The notes below the pieces were generated by a model, which was not told where the DNA came from, ran no database searches, and saw only the letters and a list, made by a program, of their open reading frames with translations. DNA of 52,893 bases, taken from an archaeon. Its GTDB lineage: Archaea; B1Sed10-29; JAJSAI01. Positions 7,890-16,826 of this stretch are shown in pieces. Position 1 is the first letter of the stretch. The number at the start of each line of letters is the position of its first letter. Location: assembly GCA_024274695.1 (NCBI GenBank), contig JAJSAI010000006.1, forward strand, positions 1 to 52,893, written 5' to 3'. The translations under genes and the position numbers were made by a program.

Positions 7890-8804
7890 ATGAGCGAAAT
7901 AGAGTGTGACGTGCTAATCATAGGAGCAGGCCCTGCAGGGCTCGCGGCCAGTATCTGGACGAGCAGAAGAAAGCTCAGCACTGTGGTAGTGGAAAAAGCA
8001 ATGCCCGGCGGGCAAATGCTCTTGGCCCACGACATAGAAAACTATCCTGGAATCGAGAGGATTTCTGGACAGGAACTGGCAGAGAGGATGAAAAAGCATG
8101 CTGAAAAATTCGGTGCCAAAATAGTGTATGACATGATAACGAGAGTGTACACTGAAGGGGACAAGAAAAAAGCCGTCGGCAACACTAACACCTACACCGC
8201 AAAAGCACTGATAATAGCCACAGGCGGACAGCACAGGCCCCTCAAGGTCCCCGGGGAAGAAGAACTCGTTGGCAAGGGAGTCGCGTACTGCGCCACCTGC
8301 GACGCGCCCTTCTACAAAGGAAAAGAAGTGGCAGTCATAGGAGGAGGGAACAGCGCAGTAGAGGACGCAATATACCTGTCCAAAATAGCCAGCAAAACGT
8401 ACATCGTGCACAGGAGAGAAGAATTCAGGGCAGAGCCTGACAGGGTAGAGGAGATGGAAAGACTTGGAGTGGAAAAAATCCTGGGAAAGTCCCCCGAAAA
8501 GTTCGAAAAAAAGGAGGACGGCAGGATAGTAGTGCACTTCAAGGAAGGAGGATCTCTTGAGGTTGACGGGGTGTTCGTGTCCATAGGATACATCCCCGCC
8601 TCAGAGCTCTTCAAGGAAACAGGAATAGAATTCACCGAAACAGGGCACATAAAGACAGACCTGCAGCAGAGGACCAACATCCCTGGAATCTTCGCTGCAG
8701 GAGACGTGACAGGCAGGCTCGCCCAGATCGCCACCGCGGTAGGGGACGGGGCCGTGGCTGGGATGAACGCTTACAAGTACATTCAAAAACCTTACTGGGG
8801 ATGA
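7890..8804 (+). CDS. trxB: Thioredoxin reductase
   Basis: GAGPAG, CATCD, GGGNSA, GIFAAGD motifs. Confidence 0.96.
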   Translation: MSEIECDVLIIGAGPAGLAASIWTSRRKLSTVVVEKAMPGGQMLLAHDIENYPGIERISGQELAERMKKHAEKFGAKIVYDMITRVYTEGDKKKAVGNTNTYTAKALIIATGGQHRPLKVPGEEELVGKGVAYCATCDAPFYKGKEVAVIGGGNSAVEDAIYLSKIASKTYIVHRREEFRAEPDRVEEMERLGVEKILGKSPEKFEKKEDGRIVVHFKEGGSLEVDGVFVSIGYIPASELFKETGIEFTETGHIKTDLQQRTNIPGIFAAGDVTGRLAQIATAVGDGAVAGMNAYKYIQKPYWG

Positions 8805-9139
8805 AAATGATAAGAGTTTACAAGATAAGCGCTGAAGCGCTCAAGAACGTGAAAAAAGTCCTGGAAGCACAGGAGACCGTGGACGAGCAGGGGAACCTGG
8901 AAAAGAACGAGTTCGCCCGGAACGGGTACACCCTGCAGAACGCAAGATCACTGGACCTAGAAGGAGAAGAGTACTACCTGTACATTGACGCCCCAGAAGA
9001 CTTCTGGGAAAGGAACGAGAAAAAACTGGAGATAGAAGGAGTCACAAGACTGGAAGGAGAAGAGTACGAAAAGGTCAAGAACGCGTTCGAGAAAGGAAAA
9101 GAAGGAGTCGCCACAGGCATAGGAGCAATGTTCGGGTGA
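8801..9139 (+). CDS. Conserved archaeal hypothetical protein
   Basis: Overlaps trxB stop; acidic 112-aa protein ending GIGAMFG. Confidence 0.8.
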   Translation: MKMIRVYKISAEALKNVKKVLEAQETVDEQGNLEKNEFARNGYTLQNARSLDLEGEEYYLYIDAPEDFWERNEKKLEIEGVTRLEGEEYEKVKNAFEKGKEGVATGIGAMFG

Positions 9140-9169
9140 AAAAAGGGAGGCGAGACCCCCTTTTCTCAC

Positions 9170-9348
9170 GGGGCCGTGGGGTAGCCTGGCAGCCTTCCAG
9201 CTTCGGGAGGGAAACCGCCAGCGGGTATACCCGAAACCTTTGGTTCGGGATAATCCAAAAGGCGAAAGCCTTTTGGTATTTTCCTCTACCTTCCCGCGAC
9301 CGGAGCCCGGAAGAGCTGGCGAGCCGAGTTCAAATCTCGGCGGCCCCA
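9170..9348 (+). tRNA. tRNA-Pro(CGG) with 106-nt intron at 37/38 (9208-9313)
   Basis: GGGGCCG/CGGCCCC acceptor; CCAGC/GCTGG; BHB helix TTCG/CGGA; exons nearly identical to tRNA-Pro(GGG) at 44683. Confidence 0.94.
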
Positions 9349-9408
9349 TCACCCTGGCTGGAAAGAAACCATTTAAAAACCAGAAAGTGCCAACTATAAA
9401 CTGCTCGC

Positions 9409-9533
9409 CCCGTGGTAGCATAGTGGTAGTGCGCCCGGCTGTAGTAGAGTCTCTCGCGCTCTCGCGCGAGACCCCCTGGGGAAACCCTGCGGGGACCGGG
9501 AGATCGCCGGTTCAAATCCGGCCCACGGGACCA
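9409..9533 (+). tRNA. tRNA-Tyr(GTA) with 50-nt intron at 37/38 (9445-9494)
   Basis: C1-G72 acceptor CCCGTGG/CCACGGG; CCCGG/CCGGG; BHB helix CTGT/GCGG. Confidence 0.95.
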
Positions 9534-9542
9534 TTTTTTCAA

Positions 9543-9617
9543 GGGCCTGTAGATCAGTGGAAGATCGCCTGCCTTGCACGCAGGAGGTCGGGGGTTCAAA
9601 TCCCCCCGGGTCCACCA
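9543..9617 (+). tRNA. tRNA-Ala(TGC)
   Basis: G3.U70 pair; CCTGC-CTTGCAC-GCAGG; CCA. Confidence 0.96.
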
Positions 9618-9658
9618 AGGGAAACCTCCAGCGGGTTTCCTCTACCTTCCAGCAACCG
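9618..9658 (+). repeat. Family A tRNA-associated hairpin element
   Basis: AGGGAAACCTCCAGCGGGTTTCCTCTACCTTCCAGCAACCG; 36/41 identical to the reverse complement of 41011-41051; matches both parts of the Pro(CGG) intron. Confidence 0.85.
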
Positions 9659-9660
9659 AA

Positions 9661-9720
9661 AATAAGGGGCCGCACCCCCCTTATCAACCCTCCTCACCAG
9701 AACGAGGGGCCGCACCCCTC
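9661..9720 (+). repeat. Two related hairpins ATAAGGGG-CCGCACC-CCCCTTAT and GAGGGG-CCGCA-CCCCTC
   Basis: Shared AGGGGCCGCACCCC core; related copy at 44759-44794. Confidence 0.7.
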
Positions 9721-9738
9721 TGAAACCAGAGCACGGGC

Positions 9739-9814
9739 GGGTCCGTGGTCTAGTGGCTAGGACGCCACCCTCACACGGTGGAGATCGGTGGTTCAAATCC
9801 GCCCGGACCCACCA
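9739..9814 (+). tRNA. tRNA-Val(CAC)
   Basis: GGGTCCG/CGGACCC; CCACC-CTCACAC-GGTGG; CCA. Confidence 0.96.
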
Positions 9815-9844
9815 AAACAAAAAAACCAGCACACCAGAAAAACA

Positions 9845-9922
9845 GGTCCCGTAGTCTAGTCCGGCTAAGGATATCGGCCTTTCGAGCCGAAGACCCGGGT
9901 TCAAATCCCGGCGGGACCACCA
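9845..9922 (+). tRNA. tRNA-Glu(TTC)
   Basis: GGTCCCG/CGGGACC; TCGGC-CTTTCGA-GCCGA; CCA. Confidence 0.96.
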
Positions 9923-9933
9923 AACCGTGAGAC

Positions 9934-10009
9934 GCCCCGGTAGTCTAGCGGCCTAGGATACCGGACTGTCGATCCGGTGACCCGGGTTCAAATCCCGGCT
10001 GGGGCGCCA
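9934..10009 (+). tRNA. tRNA-Asp(GTC)
   Basis: GCCCCGG/CTGGGGC; CCGGA-CTGTCGA-TCCGG; CCA. Confidence 0.96.
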
Positions 10010-10027
10010 TACCCTCTTTCCAATCAT

Positions 10028-10103
10028 AGCCCCGTAGTCTAGCGGCCAAGGATACAGGGCTCTGGACCCTGGGACGGCGGTTCGAATCCGCCCGGGGCTA
10101 CCA
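10028..10103 (+). tRNA. tRNA-Gln(CTG)
   Basis: A1-U72 AGCCCCG/CGGGGCT; CAGGG-CTCTGGA-CCCTG; CCA. Confidence 0.96.
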
Positions 10104-10123
10104 AAAGGGAAACCGCTTGAGCT

Positions 10124-10198
10124 GGTCCCGTAGTCTAGTCCGGCTAAGGATATCGGCCTCTCGAGCCGAAGACCCGGGTTCAAATCCCGGCGGGACCA
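10124..10198 (+). tRNA. tRNA-Glu(CTC)
   Basis: Identical to tRNA-Glu(TTC) except position 34. Confidence 0.96.
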
Positions 10199-10219
10199 CG
10201 TCAAAAGCACAAAAAAGAG

Positions 10220-10323
10220 AGCCCCGTAGTCTAGCGGCCAATCCTGTTCGGCGTTGCCAGCGGGAGCCGAAAGGATGGCGGGCTTTGGACCCGCAGACGG
10301 CGGTTCGAATCCGCCCGGGGCTA
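10220..10323 (+). tRNA. tRNA-Gln(TTG) with 31-nt D-loop intron (10241-10271)
   Basis: Comparison with Gln(CTG) shows a 31-nt insert; CGGC/GCCG central helix with CA|A and AA|A bulges; GCGGG-CTTTGGA-CCCGC. Confidence 0.92.
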
Positions 10324-10346
10324 CTAGAGAGGCTGTCAAGCGGGAC

Positions 10347-10422
10347 GGGTCCGTGGTCTAGTGGCTAGGACGCCACCCTTACAAGGTGGAGATCGGTGGT
10401 TCAAATCCGCCCGGACCCACCA
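10347..10422 (+). tRNA. tRNA-Val(TAC)
   Basis: CCACC-CTTACAA-GGTGG; CCA. Confidence 0.96.
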
Positions 10423-10467
10423 GGAAACAATTTAAACCCCTGCCGCGAGAACAATAATCTGGGAGAA

Positions 10468-10543
10468 GGGTCCGTGGTCTAGTGGCTAGGACGTCGCCTT
10501 GACGTGGCGAAGATCGGTGGTTCGAATCCGCCCGGACCCACCA
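10468..10543 (+). tRNA. tRNA-Val(GAC)
   Basis: TCGCC-TTGACGT-GGCGA; CCA. Confidence 0.96.
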
Positions 10544-10567
10544 AAACAAAAAAAAACTTGGGGCACA

Positions 10568-10584
10568 GAAAAGTTTTTATATAA
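10568..10584 (+). promoter_or_regulatory. BRE/TATA promoter of the RNA polymerase operon
   Basis: GAAAAG-TTTTTATATAA upstream of rpoH. Confidence 0.65.
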
Positions 10585-10630
10585 GTGGGCTTGAACATTT
10601 CATATCCAGCTAGTTTTCGGGGGGAAACTT

Positions 10631-10864
10631 TTGAAGAAAAGCATCATCCTGGAGCATCAGCTCGTGCCGAAACACGAGATAATGACGGACGAGGAAGTCC
10701 GGGCTCTCCTCAAGGAGTATGGAGTGACCTTAGAACAGCTTCCGAAGATATTCTCAGACGATCCTGTCGTGAAAGCGATAGGCGCCAAAAAAGGACAGGT
10801 TCTTAGGATAACCAGGAACAGCCCCACGGCTGGAGAATATTACTATTACAGGGTCGTGGTCTGA
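10631..10864 (+). CDS. rpoH: RNA polymerase subunit H (Rpo5)
   Basis: HQLVPKHEI, LPKI, DPVV, SPTAG..YYRVV. Confidence 0.97.
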   Translation: MKKSIILEHQLVPKHEIMTDEEVRALLKEYGVTLEQLPKIFSDDPVVKAIGAKKGQVLRITRNSPTAGEYYYYRVVV

Positions 10865-10888
10865 GGCCCTGCAAAAGGAGACGATCGG

Positions 10889-12349
10889 ATGCCCTACTGG
10901 GAGGTAGCAGAGGCTTTCATAAAAGAGTATGGTGTTGTAAGGCAACACATTGACTCGTACAACGAGCTCATAACACACAGGATCCCACAGATAATAGAAA
11001 ACTATCCTCTTATTGAAACCAACAAGGAAAACTGTTACATAAAACTGCATTCTGTCAGAATGGAAAAACCAATAGTAGTGGAAGCAGACGGCTCAAGAAA
11101 GCCCATCCTGCCCATTGACTGCAGGCTAAGGAACAAGAGCTACTCCAGCATGATCTACGCGGACATAAGCATTCTGGACGGGGAAAAAGAGATAGACAGG
11201 GACGAGGTGATGATAGGAAAGTTCCCTGTCATGGTAAAGTCCAAGCTCTGTTACCTTTCTGAAATGAGCGAGAAGGAGCTCATCAAAGCAAAGGAAGACC
11301 CCCTGGACCAAGGAGGGTACTTCATAATAAACGGGAACGAAAGATCCCTGGTGAGCATAGAAAACCCCGTCTACAACAGGATAATGCTTGACACGGAAAA
11401 AAGATCAGGACAACTCTTGTACGTCAGCACAGTGTTCTCCCAGAGCATGTACCACTCCGGAAAGAACACTGTGAGGAGAACGCCTGACGGGTACCTTTAC
11501 GTGGAATTTCCCGCATCCCCCAAAAACCTTAACCTGTTCCTGCTCCTCAAAGCCCTGGGCCTTGAAACCACGCAAAAGATACTGAACGCATTCTCCGAAA
11601 AAGCGAGGAACGACGTGTTCCTGAACCTTGAGAAAGTGCAGGCCGAAAGCGCTGAGGAAGCGCTTGACCAGATAGGAAAGAGGCTCGCGGCAAGCCAGTC
11701 AGAGGAATACAGGAAGAGGAGGGCCGCGCACGTTATAGACAACTACCTACTGCCCCACCTGGGAAGAACACCTGAGGACAGGAAGACCAAGGCATTCTAT
11801 CTCATAAGAATGGCCGAAAGGACGATTGAAGGTGCTAGAGGAGAGAGAAAGCCTGATGACAAAGACCACTACGCGAACAAGAGGCTCAAGATATCAGGGC
11901 ACCTGCTAGAAGACCTGTTCAAGCTCGCGCTGACCGCGTTCGCAAGGGACCTGAGGTACCAGGTTGACAGGGCCCACACCAGGAGAAGAAAACTCCAGAT
12001 AAAGACCCTGGTGAGGCCGGACATTTTCACCACCAAGGTGTTCGGAGCCATGGCCACAGGAAACTGGGTCGGAGGAAGAACTGGAGTGTCCCAGCCAATA
12101 GACAGGCACTCGTACGCATCAGCAATGTCACAGATGAGAAGAGTGAGAACCCCGTTGTCCCAGACGTACCCGCACTACGAGGCCAGGGACGCACACCCGA
12201 CGACCTTCGGAAAAATATGTCCTGTGGAAACACCTGAAGGACACAACGTCGGGCTCCAGAAGCACCTTGCGATAGGATGCCTTATTTCCAGCAGGCTCGT
12301 TCCCGACGTTGAGGATGTCCTTAAGAAAATGGGAGTCAAAAGCAAGTGA
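10889..12349 (+). CDS. rpoB2: RNA polymerase subunit B'' (Rpo2N)
   Basis: GGYFIINGNER, DDKDHYANKRL, CPVETPEG. Confidence 0.97.
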   Translation: MPYWEVAEAFIKEYGVVRQHIDSYNELITHRIPQIIENYPLIETNKENCYIKLHSVRMEKPIVVEADGSRKPILPIDCRLRNKSYSSMIYADISILDGEKEIDRDEVMIGKFPVMVKSKLCYLSEMSEKELIKAKEDPLDQGGYFIINGNERSLVSIENPVYNRIMLDTEKRSGQLLYVSTVFSQSMYHSGKNTVRRTPDGYLYVEFPASPKNLNLFLLLKALGLETTQKILNAFSEKARNDVFLNLEKVQAESAEEALDQIGKRLAASQSEEYRKRRAAHVIDNYLLPHLGRTPEDRKTKAFYLIRMAERTIEGARGERKPDDKDHYANKRLKISGHLLEDLFKLALTAFARDLRYQVDRAHTRRRKLQIKTLVRPDIFTTKVFGAMATGNWVGGRTGVSQPIDRHSYASAMSQMRRVRTPLSQTYPHYEARDAHPTTFGKICPVETPEGHNVGLQKHLAIGCLISSRLVPDVEDVLKKMGVKSK

Positions 12350-12354
12350 TTCTT

Positions 12355-14172
12355 ATGAAGAAGGAAGCAAGCGTTTACTGTAACGGGAAGCTCATAGGCT
12401 TCCACCCTAACCCTGAACAGCTCGTGAAGGCTGTCCGGGAAAAAAGAAGAAAAGGAGAACTGCCCTACGATGTCACGGTAGCGTACTATCACGACCTGAA
12501 TGAAGTGTACATCAACAGCGACCCGGGCAGGGCAATGAGGCCCCTCATTATCGTAGAGAACGGCAAGCCCAAGCTCACCAAAGAACACCTGAAAATGCTC
12601 AAGGAGGGCAAGATAAAGTTCAGTGACCTTGTTAGCATGGGGGTCATAGAATTCCTTGACGCGGAAGAAGAGGAAAACGCGTACATAGCACTCAGCGAAA
12701 AAGAGCTGACCCCAGAGCACACTCACCTGGAAGTCTACCCTGCAATGCTCTTCGGGGCAATAGCATCAATGCTACCGTACCCTGAACACAACACCTCGCC
12801 CAGGGACAGCATGGCAACACAGTACATAAAACAGTCCTTGGGGCTGTTCGCGTCCAACTTCACCAAAAGGGTTGACACAAGAGCCCACGTGATGTTATAT
12901 CCTCAGAGAACGCTCGTGACCTCAAAGTTTTACGATGCCCTGGGAGCCAGCAGGAGGCCCGCCGGGCAGAACTTCGTTGTCGCAGTCCTCCCGTACTACG
13001 GTTACAACATTGACGACGCCATAGTAATGAACAAGGCAAGCATAGAAAGGGGCATTGGAAGGACGATGAGCTTCAGGACGTACGAGAACGAGGAAAGGAG
13101 GTACCCCGGAGGACAGAGGGACAGGTTCGAGAGACCCAGGCCAGAAGTCTTCGGCTACAGGGGAGAAGAGGCATACCAGTACCTTGACGAGGACGGGATA
13201 ATAGAGCCAGAGTTTGACGTGAACGAAGGAGACGTGCTCATAGGAAAAACCTCTCCCCCAAGATTCCTTGAGGACGTGAGAGAACTTGAGGTCCTGGAGG
13301 AAAAGAGAAGGGAGAACTCCACCACGGTCAGGCACAGGGAGCACGGTACCGTGGACTGGGTGCTGGCAACAGAAGGCGAAGGGAAGAACAGGCTCGTCAA
13401 GGTAAGAGTAAGGACCCTGATGATACCCGAGATCGGGGACAAGTTCGCGGCAAGGCACGGGCAAAAGGGAGTCATCGGGCTCATAGCAGACGAGGCAGAC
13501 ATGCCCTTCACCGAAAAAGGAATAATCCCTGACCTCATCTTCAACCCTCACGCTGTTCCAAGCAGAACCACGGTCGGATACCTGCTGGAAACCCTCGGGG
13601 GCAAGGTAGCCTGCATGAGAGGAAAAGAAGTTGACGCAACTCCATTTGACGGGGAGAACGAGAAAGACCTGAGGAACTTCATGAAACAGTACGGGTTCAG
13701 GGACTCAGGAAAAGAAATCCTGTACAACGGAATAACAGGAGAAAAGATGGAAGCCAGAATATTCGTGGGAGTCACGTACTACATGAGGCTCAAGCACCTG
13801 GTGGCTGACAAGATGTACGCCAGGGCAAGAGGGCCTGTCCAGATCCTAACAAGACAGCCGACAGAAGGAAGGGCCAGAGAAGGAGGACTCAGGTTCGGGG
13901 AAATGGAAAGGGACACCCTGATAGGACACGGGGCAGCGATGCTCCTGAAGGAGAGGCTGCTTGAAGAGTCTGACAAGGTAATCGAGCACGTGTGCGGAAA
14001 GTGCGGTGTGATAGCAGTGTACGACCAGGTCAGGGGAAGAAAATGGTGCCCGATATGCGGAGAGAGCAAGGACATTCACCCGATTGAAATGAGCTACGCG
14101 TTCAAGCTCCTCTTGAACGAGATAATGGCCCTCGGAATATACCCGCGGCTCGTCCTGAAGGACAGGGTGTGA
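12355..14172 (+). CDS. rpoB1: RNA polymerase subunit B' (Rpo2C)
   Basis: GDKFAARHGQKG, RQPTEGRAREGGLRFGEMERD, C-terminal Zn finger; alternative GTG start at 12346. Confidence 0.97.
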   Translation: MKKEASVYCNGKLIGFHPNPEQLVKAVREKRRKGELPYDVTVAYYHDLNEVYINSDPGRAMRPLIIVENGKPKLTKEHLKMLKEGKIKFSDLVSMGVIEFLDAEEEENAYIALSEKELTPEHTHLEVYPAMLFGAIASMLPYPEHNTSPRDSMATQYIKQSLGLFASNFTKRVDTRAHVMLYPQRTLVTSKFYDALGASRRPAGQNFVVAVLPYYGYNIDDAIVMNKASIERGIGRTMSFRTYENEERRYPGGQRDRFERPRPEVFGYRGEEAYQYLDEDGIIEPEFDVNEGDVLIGKTSPPRFLEDVRELEVLEEKRRENSTTVRHREHGTVDWVLATEGEGKNRLVKVRVRTLMIPEIGDKFAARHGQKGVIGLIADEADMPFTEKGIIPDLIFNPHAVPSRTTVGYLLETLGGKVACMRGKEVDATPFDGENEKDLRNFMKQYGFRDSGKEILYNGITGEKMEARIFVGVTYYMRLKHLVADKMYARARGPVQILTRQPTEGRAREGGLRFGEMERDTLIGHGAAMLLKERLLEESDKVIEHVCGKCGVIAVYDQVRGRKWCPICGESKDIHPIEMSYAFKLLLNEIMALGIYPRLVLKDRV

Positions 14173-14177
14173 TTAAG

Positions 14178-16826
14178 ATGATGATACCGAAAGAGATAGG
14201 ATCCGTAAGGTTCGGGATACTTGACCCTGAAAAAATAAGGAAGATGTCCCAGGTAAGGGTCATCACCCCTGACACTTACGATGACGACGGATACCCGATA
14301 GAAGGAGGGCTCATGGACCTTAGGATGGGAGTAATAGACCCTGGGCTGAGGTGCAAGACCTGCTCGGGAAGGCCAGCAACATGCCCAGGTCACTTCGGCC
14401 ACATAGAACTCGTAAGGCCCGTCATCCACATAGGCTACGTGAAAATAATCTACTCTCTTCTCAGATCAACCTGCCGGAAGTGCGGCAGGATACTACTACC
14501 AGAAGACGAAATAGAGACCCTGAAGAGGATCCTGTTCTCCGAAGAACTCCCAGAAAAGCCATCCCACGAGGAAAAAGAAGGGGAAGAAGAACTCAAGACA
14601 AGCGTGGAAGAAGAGGAAATGGAGCAGATGGCCCTCAACCTGATAGACAAGAGCAAGAGGATCACAAAGTGCCCCCACTGCGGAGAAGAGCAGGGGAAGA
14701 TAAAGCTTGTCAGGCCAACCACGTTCTACGAGAACGATCAAAGACTGTTCCCATCACAGATCAGGGAAAGGCTGGAGAGAATCCCCGACGACGAGCTCAG
14801 GATATTCGGGATAGACCCGAAGGTCGCAAGACCTGAATGGGCTGTGCTGACAGTACTCCCTGTTCCTCCCGTGACCACAAGGCCAAGCATCACCCTGGAA
14901 ACAGGGGAAAGGTCAGAAGACGATCTCACTCACAAACTCGTGGACATAATCAGGATAAACCAGAGGCTCGCTGACAACATCTCCGCAGGAGCACCACAGC
15001 TCATCATAGAGGACCTGTGGGACCTTCTCCAGTACCATGTCACCACATACTTTAACAACAACGTGAGCGGGATACCCCCCGCAAAGCACAGGTCAGGAAG
15101 AGCACTTAAAACACTGTACCAGAGGCTGAAAGGAAAGGAGGGAAGGTTCAGGTACTACCTCTCAGGAAAGAGGGTCAACTTCTCTGCCAGGACAGTAATC
15201 ACTCCTGACCCCAACATAAAAATAGAAGAAGTGGGCGTGCCTCAGCAGATCGCCGAAGAACTAACAGTCCCCGTGACTGTCACGGAATGGAACATAGACA
15301 AGCTAAAGAAGATGGTACTGAGCGACAAGTACCCGAGAGTAAAGTACGTGATAAGCCCTGAAGGACGCAAGAAGATAATAACAGAATTCAACAAGGAAGA
15401 AGTGGCAGAAGAGCTCGCGCCAGGGTACGTCGTAGAAAGACAACTGCTGGACGGGGACGTGGTAGTATTCAACAGGCAACCGTCACTGCACAGGATGTCC
15501 ATGATGGGACACCTTGTGAGAGTAATGCCAGGAAAAACATTCAGGCTGAACGACGCCGCTGCAAGACCGTACAACGCGGACTTCGACGGAGACGAAATGA
15601 ACCTGCACGTGCCACAAACCGAAGAAGCCAGACAGGAAGTAGAAGAGCTAATGCTAATACCTAAGAACATCATCTCAGTAAGGCACGGGGAAGCGATCAT
15701 GGGCGCTAACCTGGAACAGGTAACAGGAACGTACCTGCTCACCAAGGGCAACAGAAAGTTTGACAGGAAAACCGCGATGAGACTGCTCGGAAGAATAGGA
15801 ATCAAAGACCTGCCCAAGAAGGAAACGTTCACAGGAAAAGAAATCTTCAGCATGCTACTACCAGACGACCTGAACGTAGAGTACATTGGAAAAACGTGCA
15901 AGAAATGTGCCACCTGCGAAAAAGAAAAATGCCCGTTCGAAGCTTACATAAAAATAAAAGACGGAAAGCTCGTGGCAGGAGCTGTAGAAGGAGCGGGAGT
16001 GAAGAGCCCTGGGCACATAATAAAAGAGATTTATCACAAGCACGGCCCGCAGGCAGCTGCTGATTTCATAAACAACCTGACCGTGCTCGCCCTGCACGTG
16101 ATCTCAGAAATCGGTTTCACCACGAGCCTTGAAGAAGGAGACCTTCCTGAAGAGATACTGAAGGAAATAAAGAAGGTCGCCGACAAAGCAGAAAAAGAAG
16201 TTGACAAGCTCATAGAAAAGTACAAGCAAGGGCAACTGCCGGAAGTTCCTGGAAAAACGCCGGAAGAAGTTCTTGAAGACCTGATAATGGCAGAACTGAG
16301 CAAGGCCAGGAAGATCGCGATAAGCCTCACCCAGAGGGGCCTTGGCCAGGACAACGCTGACGTTATAATGGCGACGATAGGAGCCAAAGGAAACCCACTC
16401 AACCTCGTGCAAATGCAGGGAATGCTGGGCCAGTCCAGCCTCAGAGGAAAGAGACTTACCCAGAGAGGATACAGGTACAAAATGCTTCCCCACTTCAAGC
16501 CAGGCGACATATCCGCAAAGCCAGGAGGGTTCATAAAAAGCAGTTTCAAGAAAGGCCTTGACCCAATAGAAGCATTCCTCCAGGCTATGAGCGGAAGGGA
16601 CAGTATAGTGGACAAGGGAATTAACACCTCAAGGTCAGGGTACTTCTACAGGAGAGCCCTGCACGCCATGCTGGACATGTGGGTGAGAGAAGACGGAACA
16701 GTCAGGGACTCATCCGGAGCGATAATACAGTTCAGATTCGGAGAAGACGGAATAAACCCGATGAACACGTGGAACGGAAAAATAGACGTGGACAGAATCA
16801 TAAAAGAAGTGAAAGAGGGATCATGA
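14178..16826 (+). CDS. rpoA1: RNA polymerase subunit A' (Rpo1N)
   Basis: [28 protein letters not shown]. Confidence 0.98.
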   Translation: MMIPKEIGSVRFGILDPEKIRKMSQVRVITPDTYDDDGYPIEGGLMDLRMGVIDPGLRCKTCSGRPATCPGHFGHIELVRPVIHIGYVKIIYSLLRSTCRKCGRILLPEDEIETLKRILFSEELPEKPSHEEKEGEEELKTSVEEEEMEQMALNLIDKSKRITKCPHCGEEQGKIKLVRPTTFYENDQRLFPSQIRERLERIPDDELRIFGIDPKVARPEWAVLTVLPVPPVTTRPSITLETGERSEDDLTHKLVDIIRINQRLADNISAGAPQLIIEDLWDLLQYHVTTYFNNNVSGIPPAKHRSGRALKTLYQRLKGKEGRFRYYLSGKRVNFSARTVITPDPNIKIEEVGVPQQIAEELTVPVTVTEWNIDKLKKMVLSDKYPRVKYVISPEGRKKIITEFNKEEVAEELAPGYVVERQLLDGDVVVFNRQPSLHRMSMMGHLVRVMPGKTFRLNDAAARPYNADFDGDEMNLHVPQTEEARQEVEELMLIPKNIISVRHGEAIMGANLEQVTGTYLLTKGNRKFDRKTAMRLLGRIGIKDLPKKETFTGKEIFSMLLPDDLNVEYIGKTCKKCATCEKEKCPFEAYIKIKDGKLVAGAVEGAGVKSPGHIIKEIYHKHGPQAAADFINNLTVLALHVISEIGFTTSLEEGDLPEEILKEIKKVADKAEKEVDKLIEKYKQGQLPEVPGKTPEEVLEDLIMAELSKARKIAISLTQRGLGQDNADVIMATIGAKGNPLNLVQMQGMLGQSSLRGKRLTQRGYRYKMLPHFKPGDISAKPGGFIKSSFKKGLDPIEAFLQAMSGRDSIVDKGINTSRSGYFYRRALHAMLDMWVREDGTVRDSSGAIIQFRFGEDGINPMNTWNGKIDVDRIIKEVKEGS

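Noticed and set aside
9141-9165. Hairpin AAAAGGGAG...CCCCCTTTT before tRNA-Pro(CGG) as a family A member
   Set aside because: Lacks the ACC/GGT core and TACC tail; could simply be a terminator
8957-10368. ORFs of 67-154 aa across the tRNA cluster on both strands
   Set aside because: They are translations of tRNA genes (GFEP, GSNP patterns), not proteins
9170-10543. CRISPR-like repeat array
   Set aside because: The recurring sequences are tRNA D and T arms; there is no constant repeat-spacer period and no cas gene
14535-14635. Acidic insertion in RpoA' as a possible intein or mobile insert
   Set aside because: About 30 aa of low-complexity Glu-rich sequence in a variable region; no intein C/S...HN motifs
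16679-16822. N-terminal extensions in the ORF track for rpoA'' (also OTC 6170, rpoD 42326, HMGR 44852, enolase 46448, rps2 47706)
   Set aside because: They overlap upstream genes or tRNAs or lack an SD; homology starts at the downstream start codons used here
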